This document shows, piece after piece, positions 63,101 to 64,000 of a DNA stretch of 64,000 nt. The notes under the pieces were generated by a model. The model did not search any database, was not told the DNA's origin, and was given only the letters and a program-made list of their open reading frames with translations. A program made the position numbers and the translations under genes. The DNA is from Balanoglossus misakiensis. Taxonomy: Eukaryota; Animalia; Hemichordata. Position 1 is the first letter of the stretch. Every line of letters begins with the position of its first letter. The DNA is taken from positions 3,915,060-3,979,059 of the forward strand of contig CM082583.2 of NCBI GenBank assembly GCA_040954595.2. Reading direction: 5' to 3'.

Positions 63101-63253
63101 TCTACAGGTTACAAGCTTGCATTCAACTACTTAAAGGCTAAGCGATATGTGGATGCTATTGACGTTTGCCACCGAGTACTAGCAACACATGCCAACTATC
63201 CAAAGATGAGAAAAGATATCTTGGATAAAGCAAGAGGACTGATCAGAGTCTAA
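42098..63253 (+). CDS. TTC21B: Tetratricopeptide repeat protein 21B / IFT139 (IFT-A subunit), complete, 31 coding exons
   Basis: The N-terminus [30 protein letters not shown] and the C-terminus [35 protein letters not shown] are recognisable TTC21 sequence. Exons: 42098-42124, 43017-43146, 43763-43873, 44559-44623, 45237-45338, 45532-45620, 45855-46049, 46360-46444, 46881-46979, 47682-47874, 48338-48435, 48908-49108, 53911-54126, 54603-54674, 55174-55294, 55831-55934, 56406-56644, 56904-57087, 57654-57792, 57895-58021, 58326-58391, 58703-58916, 59066-59147, 59397-59547, 59728-59889, 60490-60553, 60943-61068, 61278-61391, 61546-61656, 62043-62163, 63108-63253. Probably a co-orthologue of vertebrate TTC21A and TTC21B. 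Confidence 0.95.
43916..44000. mobile_element. 85-bp piggyBac-type mini-MITE
   Basis: TTAA|CCCTTTCACC...GGTGAAAGGG|TTAA. Truncated relatives lie at ~8370-8420 and ~18730-18780. Confidence 0.75.
47416..47562. mobile_element. ~150-bp imperfect palindromic MITE-like element
   Basis: AAGAGTACTTCA..TACTCGGAGTTCAA..GACC pairs with GGTCTTTGAACTCGGAGTA..TGAAGAACTCTT. Confidence 0.5.
51653..51860. mobile_element. TA-flanked MITE (Tc1/mariner-like)
   Basis: TA|CTGTAAAACACTTTATTTTCGCGAG...CTCGCGAAAATAAAGTGTTTTACAG|TA. Confidence 0.85.
52564..53549. mobile_element. ~990-bp TTAA-flanked non-autonomous DNA transposon (Kolobok-like)
   Basis: TTAA|GGTAGTTGGAAAGGCTA...TAGCCTTTCCAACTACC|TTAA, perfect 17-bp TIR. 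Confidence 0.85.
55336..55679. mobile_element. Family A MITE in a TTC21B intron
   Basis: TTAA|ACGGACAAAGTCTCTCT...GAGACTTTGTCCCT|TTAA; homologous to 4734-5070. Confidence 0.85.
57110..57450. mobile_element. Family A MITE in a TTC21B intron
   Basis: TTAA|AGGGACAAAGTCTCTCT...GTGTCACT|TTAA; palindromic body homologous to the other copies. Confidence 0.85.
60619..60795. mobile_element. Second copy of the TA-flanked MITE, opposite orientation
   Basis: Same TIRs and TA duplication as 51653-51860. Confidence 0.85.
61207..61245. repeat. (GA)n microsatellite
   Basis: Read directly from the sequence. Confidence 0.9.
62415..62860. mobile_element. Non-autonomous element with a ~120-bp 5' hairpin and asymmetric inverted repeats
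   Basis: Hairpin TTATTACGAAAATACC...GGTATTTTCGTAATAA (62421-62542), then ATTATTATACATCT pairing with the terminal AGATGTATAATAAT. Same architecture as 23212-24240. Confidence 0.6.
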
Positions 63254-64000
63254 AGATTATTTCTGTTTGTAATATGTGCTATTCACAGTGGGTTCTCACT
63301 AAGTGAAAGTAAATTGCAGATTTGTTCAAGTCATGGCTTGCATTATGGCTACTGGGATAGTCAAATATAGCTGCAAGCCATTCTGGATCCAAATATCTGA
63401 AACTTACGGTAGTATGGGATCTACTGCACTATGCACTCTGTTTGACAGAGAACTGTATCTCCTATTAAGTACATTTAGAGACAAAACCGTGATGGAGGTA
63501 GAGGTGACAGGGGCATACATCTATTGTCTTCTCTGGGTTAAAGTTGAGATGAAATGAAATGTTACCCTGTTAATTAGCTTCTTGTCTTTCCATACTCTTC
63601 ATAATTGATAATTAATGACCTGCATTGTTCCCTGACAGGCAAACCGGCTATTTTCAAATTTGCCCCAAAAGTAAACAAATTTGATGATTTAAGAGTTCAA
63701 AGTTGATTTTTTGTCATCAATACAATTGTGCAAAGTTTTGACCTAAGTGCCTTACTATGGGAATTGTAGAAGGGATCAGTCAAACTTACAAGATTTGTAC
63801 TTTTGTCCACTATCATCTGCAGAAAAGATTGATTTTACCTGGAAACCAAGGTTTAGGAGATATTTTAAGCATTGGTAGTCATTACCAAATTCTGTGGAGC
63901 AGTTATAAAGTAATTGGGTGCTGTTCATAGGATATCACCATGAAACCATTTGACAAAGTGCATTTTTACCATATCTTAGAACTGTTCTACTTGAACATTA

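Noticed and set aside
63303-63557. 84-aa ORF after the TTC21B stop codon
   Set aside because: It starts at GTG, lies in the probable 3' UTR and has no recognisable motif.

Overview
Eukaryotic, AT-rich, intron-rich genomic DNA, most likely from a marine invertebrate (inferred from gene content and repeat types; the species cannot be determined). From left to right: (1) about 0.3-29.3 kb is a recent tandem array (periods 8.6, 10.4 and 8.8 kb) of three intact 10-exon genes. Each encodes a ~503-aa protein: signal peptide, CUB domain, then a polycystin-1/REJ-type GAIN domain. The frame stops 14 residues after the GPS autoproteolysis site (CNHL|T), with no transmembrane or channel part. The CUB exon is strongly diversified at non-synonymous sites, while most other exons and introns are nearly identical. 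(2) A decayed Academ-like DNA transposon carrying RecQ-helicase motifs. (3) Two tandem minus-strand C1q-like genes (signal peptide, collagen, gC1q head). (4) Exons of a divergent Deltex C-terminal (DTC) domain with no RING exons visible. (5) A complete 31-exon TTC21B/IFT139 gene (42098-63253). Many MITEs (several TTAA-targeted), Helentron-like elements and microsatellites are present, several with filled and empty sites visible among the tandem copies. All gene models were spliced by hand; no database search was possible.
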